From NCBI GenBank assembly GCA_035491955.1, contig DATJJU010000010.1, forward strand, positions 1-49,850: a stretch of DNA of 49,850 nucleotides. The letters run 5' to 3'. Source of the stretch: Minisyncoccota bacterium (lineage in GTDB: Bacteria; Patescibacteriota; Minisyncoccia; Phycocordibacterales; UBA9973). Below the pieces are notes generated by a model, which ran no database searches, was not told the DNA's origin, and worked only from the letters and a program-made list of their open reading frames with translations. The translations under genes were made by a program, and so were the position numbers. The number at the start of each line of letters is the position of its first letter. Position 1 is the stretch's first letter. This document shows positions 1 to 10,038 of this stretch, in pieces.

Positions 1-214
1 CTTCTTCTTTTTTAAATCGGTATAATGTTTCCAGGGTGCTGTCCAAGGAGTGCCCATCAGGCGTGGCTACGGCCTTTGAGGCCCAATATGCTCCTTCTAC
101 TATTACAATTTCATGAGCAAAAGGATAAATCGCTCGAAGATTATAAGGAATAAATGGTTCACCGTTGAGTATGATGATGCCAAAAGTAATGGTAGGTTTA
201 TGCAACGGGTTCAT
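1..214 (-). CDS. Glycosyltransferase family 2-like protein, N-terminal part (runs off window)
   Basis: Manual translation from ATG at 214: MNPLHKPTITFGIIILNGEPFIPYNLRAIYPFAHEIVIVEGA...GHSLDST, a GT2-like N-terminus. Overlaps the stop of the upstream deacetylase. Not in the ORF track. Confidence 0.7.
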   Translation of the reverse strand, partial: MNPLHKPTITFGIIILNGEPFIPYNLRAIYPFAHEIVIVEGAYWASKAVATPDGHSLDSTLETLYRFKKEE

Positions 215-1001
215 ACTTTTTTGTTTTTAGGTAGCTATATAATATATGCATTACTTTTTTTCTGCCAGACACTTTTACTGCAAAATCATATAAAGAATCT
301 TTATTACTCATGGCGACGCGTTCTATTGCGAACACGTCCGTTTTACTGTCATTGCCTAGGCTATCACGTACTGTAACAGCTGATAGGTAACCAGTATTTT
401 TTACCGCTTCAATTTCTCTGTCTGTATATTTGCCAAATGGATAGGAGAATGAAGGTATGGTTATGTGTAGTTCGTTTTCCAACATTTGTTTTGACTGACT
501 TAGTTCATCTTGCAGCTGCTCATTGGTTAGCATGGTTAAATCTGGATGTGTTTTAGAGTGGCTTCCTATGTCGTATCCGAGCCTTGCTACCTCTTTCAGT
601 TCCTGCCAATCTAAAAGAGGCTTATTTTTATTAAAAGAATCCCACTGACTGGTAGAACCTATCAGTTCAGTTGGAATAAAAATGCTGGCAGTGAAATTAT
701 TTTTTTTTAAAATAGGAACTGCAGCCTCTAAAAAATCTTTGTAGCCGTCATCGAATGTTATGACTATACATTTTCTATTATTTTTACTCTGGAGTATATG
801 CTCAACTGCTTGATCAAGTGATAGTACATTGAATTTTTTGCGCTTAAGCCAGTCCATTTGTTCTGTAAACATTTGAGGTGTTACAGACCAAGGATCTTGT
901 TTGTCGGTAGAGATACTGTGATACATCAGAACAGTAATTCTGTTGTTACACCACAGACGGTATGCAGTAGTTATTTTTCGAAATAGAGAGGCGGTATTCA
1001 T
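198..1001 (-). CDS. Polysaccharide deacetylase (NodB/PgaB-like)
   Basis: Motifs VLMYH, ITFDDGY, IGSHSKTH, FSYPFG. Confidence 0.92.
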   Translation of the reverse strand: MNTASLFRKITTAYRLWCNNRITVLMYHSISTDKQDPWSVTPQMFTEQMDWLKRKKFNVLSLDQAVEHILQSKNNRKCIVITFDDGYKDFLEAAVPILKKNNFTASIFIPTELIGSTSQWDSFNKNKPLLDWQELKEVARLGYDIGSHSKTHPDLTMLTNEQLQDELSQSKQMLENELHITIPSFSYPFGKYTDREIEAVKNTGYLSAVTVRDSLGNDSKTDVFAIERVAMSNKDSLYDFAVKVSGRKKVMHILYSYLKTKKYEPVA

Positions 1002-1014
1002 ATATGAAATAGCT

Positions 1015-2268
1015 TTAATGTAATATCCAGTAGTGGGGAACTAGTACTGCACGACCTTCCCAGCCCTCAGGGCTTACCTTACCGGTTTTAAAGAAATCTC
1101 CGTTTATCACTGGAAGTGTTAGAGCGCCCTGAACCCAGTCTTCTATTTCGCCATCTACTTCGAGAAAGAATGTTAGGGAATAGTCACCTTGGCTTAATGG
1201 CAATTGCGGAATCACACAGGTTATAGTGCCATCTAAATCTATATCTGATTTATCAGTACTTGCTACTTCGGTTGAACAATTAAATAATGCCTGACCATAC
1301 ATATCGTAAAACGCTACTCCGATTCGGTACGGATACGGCATTGCTTTTGTTTTTTTGGATGAGTAGTTCAAAACTACATTTAACTGCTGCCCGGATGTAC
1401 CATTTGCAACAATAGCATTCTTCTCGTCAGTGAACGTTACGCCCGAAAGCTGTATATTGCCCTTACCTTTGCGGTCGAGTGCATCAAAGGATATAGAGTC
1501 ACTTTTGGCAGTCTGTAAGCTTTTGACATAGTATTGTATGACAGCCTGAGGTTCTCCGTCCATCACAACAGTTCCTTTTTCCAATAAAATAACTCTGTTG
1601 CATAACTGCATTACCGCCCCCATGTTATGGCTGACGAAGACAATAGTGCGACCGTCTTTCTTGGTAATTTCGTCCATTTTACCAAGGCACTTCTTTTGAA
1701 ATTCAATATCTCCAACAGCCAATACTTCATCAATAATGAGAATATCTGGTTCCATGTGCGCTGCCACAGAAAAAGCCAGACGAACATACATGCCACTTGA
1801 GTAACGTTTTACTGGTGTATCAAGGAATTTTTCAATACCGGCGAATGCTACTATCTCATCAAATTTTTTAATAATCTCTTTTTTCTTCATGCCTAGAATC
1901 GCACCGTTAAGAAAGATATTTTCTCTTCCTGTTAGTTCAGGATGAAAGCCTGTCCCTACTTCAAGCAAGCTGCCAACACTGCCGTGTATAGTAATTTCTC
2001 CATGAGATGGTGGGGTAATTTGAGAAAGGATCTTAAGTAAGGTTGATTTACCGGCACCGTTATGCCCAATGACGCCCAAGACCTCTCCAGGATTGACCTT
2101 AAAATTAATATCCTTCAATGCCCAGAACTGTTCTTTTGTAATTGCTTTTTTTCTGTTAAATCGAAAGAAGTTTGTAATACTGTCACGCAATGTAATATAC
2201 CCTCCATTTTTTTGATGGGAGATGGTGTATTTTTTACTCAGTTTTTTTACTTCTATCGCTGGTTTCAT
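1015..2268 (-). CDS. wzt: Polysaccharide ABC exporter ATP-binding subunit with Wzt_C domain
   Basis: Walker A GHNGAGKST, YSSGM signature, IIDEVLAVGD, C-terminal extension. Confidence 0.92.
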   Translation of the reverse strand: MKPAIEVKKLSKKYTISHQKNGGYITLRDSITNFFRFNRKKAITKEQFWALKDINFKVNPGEVLGVIGHNGAGKSTLLKILSQITPPSHGEITIHGSVGSLLEVGTGFHPELTGRENIFLNGAILGMKKKEIIKKFDEIVAFAGIEKFLDTPVKRYSSGMYVRLAFSVAAHMEPDILIIDEVLAVGDIEFQKKCLGKMDEITKKDGRTIVFVSHNMGAVMQLCNRVILLEKGTVVMDGEPQAVIQYYVKSLQTAKSDSISFDALDRKGKGNIQLSGVTFTDEKNAIVANGTSGQQLNVVLNYSSKKTKAMPYPYRIGVAFYDMYGQALFNCSTEVASTDKSDIDLDGTITCVIPQLPLSQGDYSLTFFLEVDGEIEDWVQGALTLPVINGDFFKTGKVSPEGWEGRAVLVPHYWILH

Positions 2269-2277
2269 ATTTTATAT

Positions 2278-3108
2278 CTATATAATGTCTGCAAAATATC
2301 GCTCTGTCTTTTTAAACATATAAATACCAAAAATGGTTAAGGCAAAAGTAGCCGCTAGTGAAATACCTATAAGTTCCCAGTTTAAAACGGTTGTTCCTAA
2401 TAGTGCGGCACGAGCACTCTGAATGACACCCATCATAGGGTTGAGTGCTAATACCCAAGAGTATTTTCCGGCAATCCCTGCTGGATAAATAACAGGAGTT
2501 ACGAAGAGCAGCATTTGAATGAAGAATGGTAATACATATCGCACGTCACGATACTTCACGTTAATTGAAGCTAGAAAAAGACCCAGTCCGACTGATGCCA
2601 GAAAAGTTATAATTAACAGAAGCGGTAGTATCAAAAGGCCGATAAGGTGTGGCGTGTAGCCGTAATAGAACATTAAACCAATGAGTATTACTGTGCCTAT
2701 TATAAAATCAACACATTGCGTAACGACACTAGAAATAGGTAAGACAAGTCGAGGGAAATAAATTTTTGTCACGATAGCCTGATTGGTGATCAAAGAATTG
2801 CTGGTATCAGACAGTGATCCGGAAAAAAACTGCCAAAATAATAAACCGACATAGACAAAGATAGGGTAGGGTACTCCATCAGAAGGAATCTTGGCCAATT
2901 GTCCGAAGAAAACACTGAATACAACCATTGTGATAAAAGGTTGAAAGATTGCCCATAAAACACCCACAAAGGTTTGTTTATAACGAACCTTCAGGTCTCT
3001 CCAGGAAAAAAAGTATAAAAGTTCCCGATAGTCCCAGATTTCTTTCAGATCAGAAAAACTGAATAATTTCTTGGGACGTATGGTTGTAGTGTGCTCGTGC
3101 ATGTCCAT
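2278..3108 (-). CDS. wzm: Polysaccharide ABC exporter permease
   Basis: RDLKVRYKQT..G.LW, KIYFPR, TPVIYP, LNP motifs; about 6 TM; adjacent to wzt. Confidence 0.92.
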   Translation of the reverse strand: MDMHEHTTTIRPKKLFSFSDLKEIWDYRELLYFFSWRDLKVRYKQTFVGVLWAIFQPFITMVVFSVFFGQLAKIPSDGVPYPIFVYVGLLFWQFFSGSLSDTSNSLITNQAIVTKIYFPRLVLPISSVVTQCVDFIIGTVILIGLMFYYGYTPHLIGLLILPLLLIITFLASVGLGLFLASINVKYRDVRYVLPFFIQMLLFVTPVIYPAGIAGKYSWVLALNPMMGVIQSARAALLGTTVLNWELIGISLAATFALTIFGIYMFKKTERYFADII

Positions 3109-3127
3109 ACAATATCACGTATTGCGC

Positions 3128-4411
3128 CTAATGCGTAAAGATTATTTGTAAGGTTTTTAAGATAATACCGACGTCAAGCAAGGGGTTACGGTGCTTGATA
3201 TAGTACAAATCGTATTCAAATTTCTCACGAGCATCATCGGCGCTGCGAGCATAGCGGTATTTGATCTGTGCCCAGCCAGTGAAGCCGGGACGAATGGTAT
3301 GACGAAGGAAGTAGTAGGGCACTTCTTTCTCAAGCTGGGACACGAATTCTGGTCGTTCTGGTCGCGGTCCAACAATAGCAATGTCGCCTTTGATGATATT
3401 AATCATTTGCGGCACTTCATCGATATGAGTCTTGCGTAAAATTTTTCCTACTGTCGTAATCCGAGGATCTTTATGCTGCGCCCATTGTGCACCATTTTCT
3501 TTCTCGGCATCCTTAGTCATAGAGCGTATCTTGTACACAGTAAAGAGTCTGCCGTTTTTACCGACGCGCTTGTGAGTATAGAGAATAGGGCGACCATCTT
3601 CGATCAATCGAGCGATAATGGCAATGAGAAGAAAAGGGGAGGCAACGATAAGCACAATAGAAGCCAGCAGCACTTCTGCCACGCGGTAGAAGAAATAGGT
3701 AGCCTTGCTCTGGTGTTTGGTCATAAGAGTGGTGGCTTTTTCATTTGTTACTAATGACAGAGGAATCTTGGCAAAGAATGTCTCGTAGCTCTCGGTGAGA
3801 GTCAGCGGCTCTGCTCCCAATGACATAGTGGTTGTTAATAATTTTTGCGCATCAGTGTTTTCCGCAATAAGAATGTCCACAGGCTTTGAAAGATCTACTT
3901 CTTCAATAGTATTCCAGTGTACGATATGCTCTCCGAAGTGCGGGTTTCGCTCTAGTTCAGCTTGCAAGTCAGTAATAAGCGGACTAATGCCAATAGTGGC
4001 AATAGTGCGAGTAAAGCGCACGGTGAAGAGGTGGTAGAACAAACGTCGCCATACTGCTAAGAGAAGGAATGCAAAGAGAGAGACTAAGAGCAGATTTGTT
4101 TTTGGTGTGATACCACTATTGTTTGAAAAGATATAAAAGAAGGCGACGCCGAGCAGGGTATTTAAAAGAGTGCTGACAAGCAAGAGTCCGATATTGCGAG
4201 GGTTTGGGTTTACGCGGCGAAGGTTATAGAGATCGAAAATAAAGAATACTAGAAGCCAGATAAGAAAGAGCCAGCCAAAAAGTATGCCTTGGTGAACAAT
4301 AATCGCATGATCGTTTATTTCATTGAAGCGAATGGCGATCATGGCTACGAATGCCAACACTAACGCAATGACGTCGCCAATGAATAAAATAGTGCGCTGA
4401 TACTGCAACAT
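3128..4411 (-). CDS. Polyprenyl glycosylphosphotransferase (WcaJ/WbaP-like sugar transferase)
   Basis: C-terminal KIRSM, DPRIT.VG..LRK.HIDE.PQ, VGPRPERP, RPG.TGWAQ; N-terminal TM helices. Confidence 0.92.
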   Translation of the reverse strand: MLQYQRTILFIGDVIALVLAFVAMIAIRFNEINDHAIIVHQGILFGWLFLIWLLVFFIFDLYNLRRVNPNPRNIGLLLVSTLLNTLLGVAFFYIFSNNSGITPKTNLLLVSLFAFLLLAVWRRLFYHLFTVRFTRTIATIGISPLITDLQAELERNPHFGEHIVHWNTIEEVDLSKPVDILIAENTDAQKLLTTTMSLGAEPLTLTESYETFFAKIPLSLVTNEKATTLMTKHQSKATYFFYRVAEVLLASIVLIVASPFLLIAIIARLIEDGRPILYTHKRVGKNGRLFTVYKIRSMTKDAEKENGAQWAQHKDPRITTVGKILRKTHIDEVPQMINIIKGDIAIVGPRPERPEFVSQLEKEVPYYFLRHTIRPGFTGWAQIKYRYARSADDAREKFEYDLYYIKHRNPLLDVGIILKTLQIIFTH

Positions 4412-4495
4412 GGCAAAATTATATAATATTTTCGTCTTTTGTACAGATTATAGAATCTTTAGACAATTTTGAAGGCAATGCTACACTGTAAGGGT

Positions 4496-4984
4496 ATGGA
4501 ACAAAACAACACCCAAAACGGTAACGGATCTTCATCTAAAAGTAATTCAAAAAATCTGATCATTGCCGCTATTGCCATTATCGTCGTTATTGCAGTTGCT
4601 ATCGCTATTCCGCACTTCAAGCACTCTGGCTCTGAAGCGGCTCCTGTAGATACTGTCAGTGCAACCGATACTTCTGGCACCCAGTCTACTGATGGCAGTG
4701 CCGTAGCCTCTCTTGCTGCCTGGAATGCGCTTTTCAGCAAGTACGAAGGACATCTCGTAGTATTTGGTTCAGACTGTCGTGCTACTCCTGAAACTCAGTC
4801 TCAAACAAAAGGCAGTACAGTCCTTCTTATGAATAATGGCAATACCCCTCACACATTCGTAGTAGGCGGAACAACTTATTCAGTCGGTGCGTATCACTAC
4901 AAGACCTTCATGCTTAACAATGGTGGCAACGTGCTTATCAATTGTGATGGCAAAGCAACTGCCTCTATTACCGTTCAAGGATAA
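4496..4984 (+). CDS. Membrane-anchored exported protein, possibly cupredoxin-like fold
   Basis: One N-terminal TM, Ser/Thr linker, CRATP...INCD. Start at 4496 chosen because TGcTACACT ends 8 nt upstream. Confidence 0.6.
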   Translation: MEQNNTQNGNGSSSKSNSKNLIIAAIAIIVVIAVAIAIPHFKHSGSEAAPVDTVSATDTSGTQSTDGSAVASLAAWNALFSKYEGHLVVFGSDCRATPETQSQTKGSTVLLMNNGNTPHTFVVGGTTYSVGAYHYKTFMLNNGGNVLINCDGKATASITVQG

Positions 4985-4986
4985 TC

Positions 4987-5484
4987 ATGTCTACCAAGCA
5001 GAAATGGTTTGTCGGCATAGCAGCAATAGTAATCGTTATTCTCGGTTTCTTTGCGATCTATAGCAAGCATATCTATTTCCGCAGTCCTATTATCTTCCTG
5101 CCTCAGCCTCAGCAGAATGTCAGCGTTGATAGAGGGGAACAGCTCTTTGATCAGGGCAGCATCCCTTCATTCAGCAGCGTCAAAGAGGTTGCAGGAGGGA
5201 CCGTTACAAACGCTATGAGCTATGAGAGCGCCTATCGTCAATATCAAGGACGCATTATTCAGCTTGATCAGAATTGCCGAGCGCAGCCGTTGACTATCCT
5301 TGTTCCTCAGAAAAGCGTCATCATGATAGGGAATGACTCGCAGTGGCAGCGCTCTATTGCTGTTGGTTCTCGTCTCTATAACATTGCGCCATATGACTAT
5401 ATTCTAGCTTCATTCAACATTGCGGGTACCTTTCCTATAAACTGCGACTCTGTGAAGTCAGTAGCTATCGTTTCCGTCCAATAA
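4987..5484 (+). CDS. Membrane-anchored exported protein, paralog of the upstream gene
   Basis: N-terminal TM; Y.G.I...D..CRAQP...APY.Y...INCD aligns with the upstream ORF. Confidence 0.6.
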   Translation: MSTKQKWFVGIAAIVIVILGFFAIYSKHIYFRSPIIFLPQPQQNVSVDRGEQLFDQGSIPSFSSVKEVAGGTVTNAMSYESAYRQYQGRIIQLDQNCRAQPLTILVPQKSVIMIGNDSQWQRSIAVGSRLYNIAPYDYILASFNIAGTFPINCDSVKSVAIVSVQ

Positions 5485-5518
5485 TTGACTTTTTCGACAT
5501 TTTTGATACAGTAACAGC

Positions 5519-5574
5519 GTGTAGATTGAAGACAGCGGGCGACCGTAAGTCCTGCCGAAATCTAATCTCTACAC
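5519..5574 (+). promoter_or_regulatory. L10 (rplJ) leader autoregulatory RNA
   Basis: GAAGACAGCGGG...CCTGCCGA inside a GTGTAGA/TCTACAC stem upstream of rplJ; promoter TTGACT(5485)-16-TACAGT(5507). Confidence 0.8.
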
Positions 5575-5596
5575 GTTCATTAAACAATTAATCATT

Positions 5597-6085
5597 ATGG
5601 CAATTTCAAAAGAGAAGAAACACGCTATTGTGTCTTCTTTTTCAGATATCGTTACTGGATCAGAATCATTAGTATTCGTTCAGTTCGATAAGCTGACCGT
5701 TGCTAACAGTAATGCCCTCCGACGCAAGCTTCGTGCTGCAAATGTCGGATATAAGGTAGGGAAGAAGACGCTTCTAAAGCGTGTTCTTAGTGAGCAGGGT
5801 TATACCGGCGAGCTCCCAGCCCTTGAAGGCGAAATTGCTGTTGCATACAGTGCTGACCCTCTTGCTTCTGCGCGTGAAGTCTACGAATTTCAAGCTGCAA
5901 ACAAGGGTCTTATCAGCATCGTCGGCGGCATCTTTGAAAAAGGATACAAGAGCCAGGGTGAAATGCTTGCTATCGCGACTATCCCACCATTGCAAACGCT
6001 TCGTGGCATGTTCGTCAATATCATCAATTCACCAATTCAGCGTTTCGCAATTGCGCTCGATCAAATTGCAAAGAAGTCTGCGTAA
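5597..6085 (+). CDS. rplJ: 50S ribosomal protein L10
   Basis: MAISKEKK, LRRKLR, KKTLLK, ATIP motifs; upstream of L7/L12. Confidence 0.96.
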   Translation: MAISKEKKHAIVSSFSDIVTGSESLVFVQFDKLTVANSNALRRKLRAANVGYKVGKKTLLKRVLSEQGYTGELPALEGEIAVAYSADPLASAREVYEFQAANKGLISIVGGIFEKGYKSQGEMLAIATIPPLQTLRGMFVNIINSPIQRFAIALDQIAKKSA

Positions 6086-6114
6086 AAGCAGCATTACTAA
6101 TTTAGAAAAAATAT

Positions 6115-6513
6115 ATGGAAGAAAATAACGAAGTAAAGGTTCCTGCAAAGTTCAAGGATATCGTTTCAGCAATCGAAGGATTGTCTGTACTCGAGCTCAA
6201 TGAACTTGTGAAGGTATTTGAAGAAAAATTTGGCGTATCAGCATCTGCAGTAGCAGTAGCTGGTCCTGCAGCCGGCGGCGCAGCAGGTGAAGCTGAAGAA
6301 AAGGATAGCTTCACTGTTGTATTAGCATCAGCTGGTGAACAGAAGATCGCTGTTATGAAGGTTGTTAAGGAAGCGCTTGGTCTTGGCTTGAAAGAAGCAA
6401 AGGACCTCGTTGACGCTGCTCCTTCAACACTTAAGGACGGTATGAAGAAAGATGAAGCTGAGGCTCTCAAGAAAGGTATTGAGGAAGCTGGAGGTACAAT
6501 CGAACTTAAATAA
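6115..6513 (+). CDS. rplL: 50S ribosomal protein L7/L12
   Basis: [20 protein letters not shown]; [11 protein letters not shown]. Confidence 0.98.
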   Translation: MEENNEVKVPAKFKDIVSAIEGLSVLELNELVKVFEEKFGVSASAVAVAGPAAGGAAGEAEEKDSFTVVLASAGEQKIAVMKVVKEALGLGLKEAKDLVDAAPSTLKDGMKKDEAEALKKGIEEAGGTIELK

Positions 6514-6516
6514 CCG

Positions 6517-6559
6517 AAACGCAAAAGGGCGGACCCGTAGGGTCCGCCCTTTTGCGTTT
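6517..6559 (+). terminator. Intrinsic terminator after rplL
   Basis: Perfect inverted repeat AAACGCAAAAGGGCGGACCC/GGGTCCGCCCTTTTGCGTTT. Confidence 0.85.
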
Positions 6560-6611
6560 ATTGACATTTTTTTAAATACGTGTATACTTACAGCAATAAA
6601 ACCACAACCAC

Positions 6612-6917
6612 ATGAGAACAACGGTTTTTATGTACTGTGTGGCATTCGCTCTTTCTGTAATGGTTTGTTCTGCAAAAGTAACAAAGCCGGGAATCAAAAG
6701 GAACGGTAAACTTCTTCACGCAAGATACTGTGAGCTCGCTCAGAGCCGTAAGCAGAATATTGCCTCTGTCGCACTAACCGGCCAACAGCCTTCGATTAAA
6801 GAAGCATTCCCACCATCTTTGCCAGATTTGCAGGCCTCCATCGGGATACCGGTCCATTACAACAATCACGAATTACACGCCAGGATTGAGGTGAGATGCC
6901 GATCAGATACCTTCTGA
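6612..6917 (+). CDS. Hypothetical exported protein
   Basis: Signal-peptide-like N-terminus; own promoter TTGACA(6561)-16-TATACT(6583). Confidence 0.5.
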   Translation: MRTTVFMYCVAFALSVMVCSAKVTKPGIKRNGKLLHARYCELAQSRKQNIASVALTGQQPSIKEAFPPSLPDLQASIGIPVHYNNHELHARIEVRCRSDTF

Positions 6918-7089
6918 ACGCTATTGCTTACTAATTTTCTTGGTGCACAGGAGTGCCACAGGTCGCATTCTCCCATGGGAGAATGCGATTTTTTATTTAC
7001 AACCCAAAATTGCCTTGTGTGCAACTTGTATGAAGGGAAGCGGGGATTGTATAATAAAGATACCTTTAAGAAAGAGAGATATAAGTGAG

Positions 7090-7722
7090 ATGGAAATTCT
7101 AGGAAAACTACTAGGCGGTATACAACGCGTCAAAATTATGCGCCTCTTTTTGCTCAATCCTGAGCAGGGCTTTGAGGCGCAGCAGATTGCAGAGCGTTCT
7201 CGCATGCAGATAGCGGCTGCTCGGCGCGCTACCAACCAGCTTGCTGCTATGTCTCTGGTAAAGAAGCGGTCCTTTACCAAGGAAGTAGCGGACGGCCGCA
7301 GCGGCAAAATCAAGAAAAAGCGCGTACAAGGATGGTTTCTTAATACCGAATTTCCCTACATCATCGAACTCAAGCAACTATTGATAGAAGGAGACTTTTT
7401 CAAACATGCTGACTTAGTGCGACGCTTTCGCCCGGCTGGCCGTATTCAGTTCTTGGTTGTGTCAGGCATTTTTATACAAAACAGTGAAAGCCGTTTGGAT
7501 GTTCTGATTGTCGGTGATCATTTGAAGCGTACTGCTATCCAAAAAGCTATTGCAGTCTTGGAGAGCGAACTTGGCAAAGAGCTCCGCTATGCAGTCTTTG
7601 ATGTCAGTGATTTCAACTATCGCGTCTCTATGTACGACAAGCTTCTCCGCGATGTCTTCGAATATCCTCACGAGCGCCTTATTTCAATGAAAGAGTTTTC
7701 CACTTTCTCATTACCGAGCTAG
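7090..7722 (+). CDS. Winged-HTH plus degenerate nucleotidyltransferase-like domain protein
   Basis: MEILGKLLGG..RVKIMRLF (ArsR-like start) and SGIF...RLDVLIVGD. Start moved to Met 7090. Confidence 0.65.
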   Translation: MEILGKLLGGIQRVKIMRLFLLNPEQGFEAQQIAERSRMQIAAARRATNQLAAMSLVKKRSFTKEVADGRSGKIKKKRVQGWFLNTEFPYIIELKQLLIEGDFFKHADLVRRFRPAGRIQFLVVSGIFIQNSESRLDVLIVGDHLKRTAIQKAIAVLESELGKELRYAVFDVSDFNYRVSMYDKLLRDVFEYPHERLISMKEFSTFSLPS

Positions 7723-7803
7723 CCATTTTAGCGCTATACTGTAAGTACTGTAGAAAGATTCTGTCATACAGTATTTATTAAGTTTTTAATACAATTACAC
7801 ACT

Positions 7804-8493
7804 ATGCTTATTCAAACATGGAGCCAGGTATTCCTGCTCTCGCTCGAAGGATTGTGGTATGGCTTTATTGCTATCTTCCCTAAGATTCTTCTCGCGATTA
7901 TTATCTTTATTATTGGTTGGATCATTGCTTCAACACTCGGTAGTCTCGTGACTGCAGGTATTGATGCTTTGAAGCTTGACCGTTTGTTCAAGAACGCAAA
8001 CACTGAACAGGCTCTCGCTCGTGCAGGCCTTCGCCTTCATATCGGCAAGATCTTCGGTGAGCTTGTAAAGTGGTTCATCATCGTTGTTTTCTTGGTAGCT
8101 TCATTGAATATTCTTGGTCTTGATCAGGTAACAGTATTCTTGCAGGAAGTACTTGCGTACATCCCACAAGTTATTATCGCTGCATTGATCTTGGTTGCTG
8201 GTACTATTCTTGCAGACTTCGCTCGCAAGTTCATTGCTGGCAGTGCTGCAGTAGCAAATATCCGCTCAGCTCGCTTGCTCGGCACTATTAGCTACTACGC
8301 AATCTGGATCTTGGCAGTAGTAACTGCTCTTGATAAGCTCGGTATCTTTGGCTACTTTGGACAGATTCTCTTCACTGGCTTGGTAGTAATGTTCGCGCTC
8401 GCATTTGGCCTCGCATTTGGCCTCGGCGGCAAGGACGCTGCTGGTCGCTTTGTGAACCGCATTTCTGAAGATCTCTCTACAAAAAGAGACTAA
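7804..8493 (+). CDS. Conserved TM-helix repeat protein (MscS/CmpX-like)
   Basis: Two P.II.A.II...G..IA repeats; C-terminal ALAFGLAFGLGGKD. Confidence 0.85.
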   Translation: MLIQTWSQVFLLSLEGLWYGFIAIFPKILLAIIIFIIGWIIASTLGSLVTAGIDALKLDRLFKNANTEQALARAGLRLHIGKIFGELVKWFIIVVFLVASLNILGLDQVTVFLQEVLAYIPQVIIAALILVAGTILADFARKFIAGSAAVANIRSARLLGTISYYAIWILAVVTALDKLGIFGYFGQILFTGLVVMFALAFGLAFGLGGKDAAGRFVNRISEDLSTKRD

Positions 8494-8520
8494 GAAATAA
8501 GGCGTATTTGCAAGAGATAT

Positions 8521-8552
8521 AAAAGGCCGGCCCCTTTGGGGGCCGGCCTTTC
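8521..8552 (+). terminator. Intrinsic terminator
   Basis: AAAGGCCGGCCCC-TTT-GGGGGCCGGCCTTT hairpin. Confidence 0.8.
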
Positions 8553-8571
8553 TCTGTTTCTAATCAATCTC

Positions 8572-8600
8572 TTGACTTTTATTCTGGGCTCATCTATACT
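8572..8600 (+). promoter_or_regulatory. Sigma70 promoter of the stand-alone 23S-5S unit
   Basis: TTGACT(8572)-17 nt-TATACT(8595). Confidence 0.8.
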
Positions 8601-9121
8601 CTCCGAGCCTATGATTTTTATTCATAAAAACGCAGAAAAACCGGCGGTATAGCCAAGTATTTTGCTTGTCTCCGCCGCAGGGCGGTTTTTTAGTCTAAAG
8701 ATCAAAGGTTCGTTTTTTGAAAAATACATCCTGTCCTCTAGTTGTGTCCATCTAATTGATGCGCACGGCAGGTAATAGAGAGACAGAATTTTTTGTTATT
8801 ACGGAGCGGTCCGAAATAATAAAGAAAGAGAACATCGTATCTATTTAAAGCGTAGATACGAATTATGATTTCTAGATTTCCTAATAGGAAATTAAGAGCA
8901 TATGGTGGATGCCTAGGTTCTACATGGCGATGAAAGACGCGAGAGGCGGCGATACGCTTCGGGGAGGTGCCTCTAACCTTCGATCCGGAGATTTCTGAAT
9001 GGGGAAACCCTATTGAGCAAACCTCAATAATCTACTCGCATAAGACGAGTGGAAGCGCACCCCGGGAAGTGAAACATCTCAGTACCGGGAGGAAAAGAAA
9101 AAAATGCAACGTAGTTGCGAT

Positions 9122-9163
<42 letters not shown>

Positions 9164-9387
9164 TCTGTCTTCGGATAGGGGTGTTGTAGGGCAGTAATGT
9201 CGTTTTACGAGAAGAGTTACAAAGTATATGTATAGAAAAAGTTGTTGGAAACCAACACCATAGTAGGTGATAGTCCTGTATTCGAAATATATATACCTCT
9301 TTTATTACTGTTCCTGAGTACTTCAAGACACGAATAGCTTGGAGGAATCCGCCAGAACTAACTGGTAAGGCTAAATACATTGTAGAA

Positions 9388-9428
<41 letters not shown>

Positions 9429-10006
9429 GTCCGATAGGACAGTGAAATAGTACTGAAACCATATGCTTACAAGGAGTCGGAGCGGGTATTTATATCCGTC
9501 ACGGCGTGCCTATTGAAGAATGAGCCAACGAGTTTATGTGTGCGGCTTGGCTAAGGGCCAAAGGTCCGGAGTCGCAGGGAAACCAAGTGTTAATAGCGCG
9601 TAATTGGTCGTACACATAAGACCCGAAGCCAGGTGAGCTACCCATGAGCAGGGTGAAGTGTTGAGAAATCAGCATGGAGGCCCGAACCGGTATGTCGTAC
9701 AACGCATTCGGATGACTTGTGGGTTGGAGTGAAAAGCTAATCGAACCTGGTAATAGCTGGTTCTCTCCGAAATAGCTTTAGGGTTAGCGTCAAATGATCC
9801 CATTGGGGGTAGAGCACTGGAAGGTTTCGACAGGGAGCAATCTCGCGACGCCTATCAAACTCCGAATACCAATTGGTTATAATTTGGCAGTTAGACTACG
9901 GGGGCTAAGCTCCGTTAGTCAAAAGGGAAACAGCCCAGATCTCTAAATAAGGTCCCAAAATATACACTCAGTGCATCTTAAGGAGGTAAGATTTCTTCGA
10001 CAATGC

Positions 10007-10038
<32 letters not shown>

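Noticed and set aside
6940-7089. Upstream extensions of ORFs (also 4469, 17693, 19594, 37796, 40516)
   Set aside because: Family-typical N-termini or promoter positions support the later ATG starts.
8643-8676. GGCGGTATAGCCAAGT resembles a tRNA 5' end
   Set aside because: No anticodon or T arm follows; it folds as a simple hairpin in the 23S leader.
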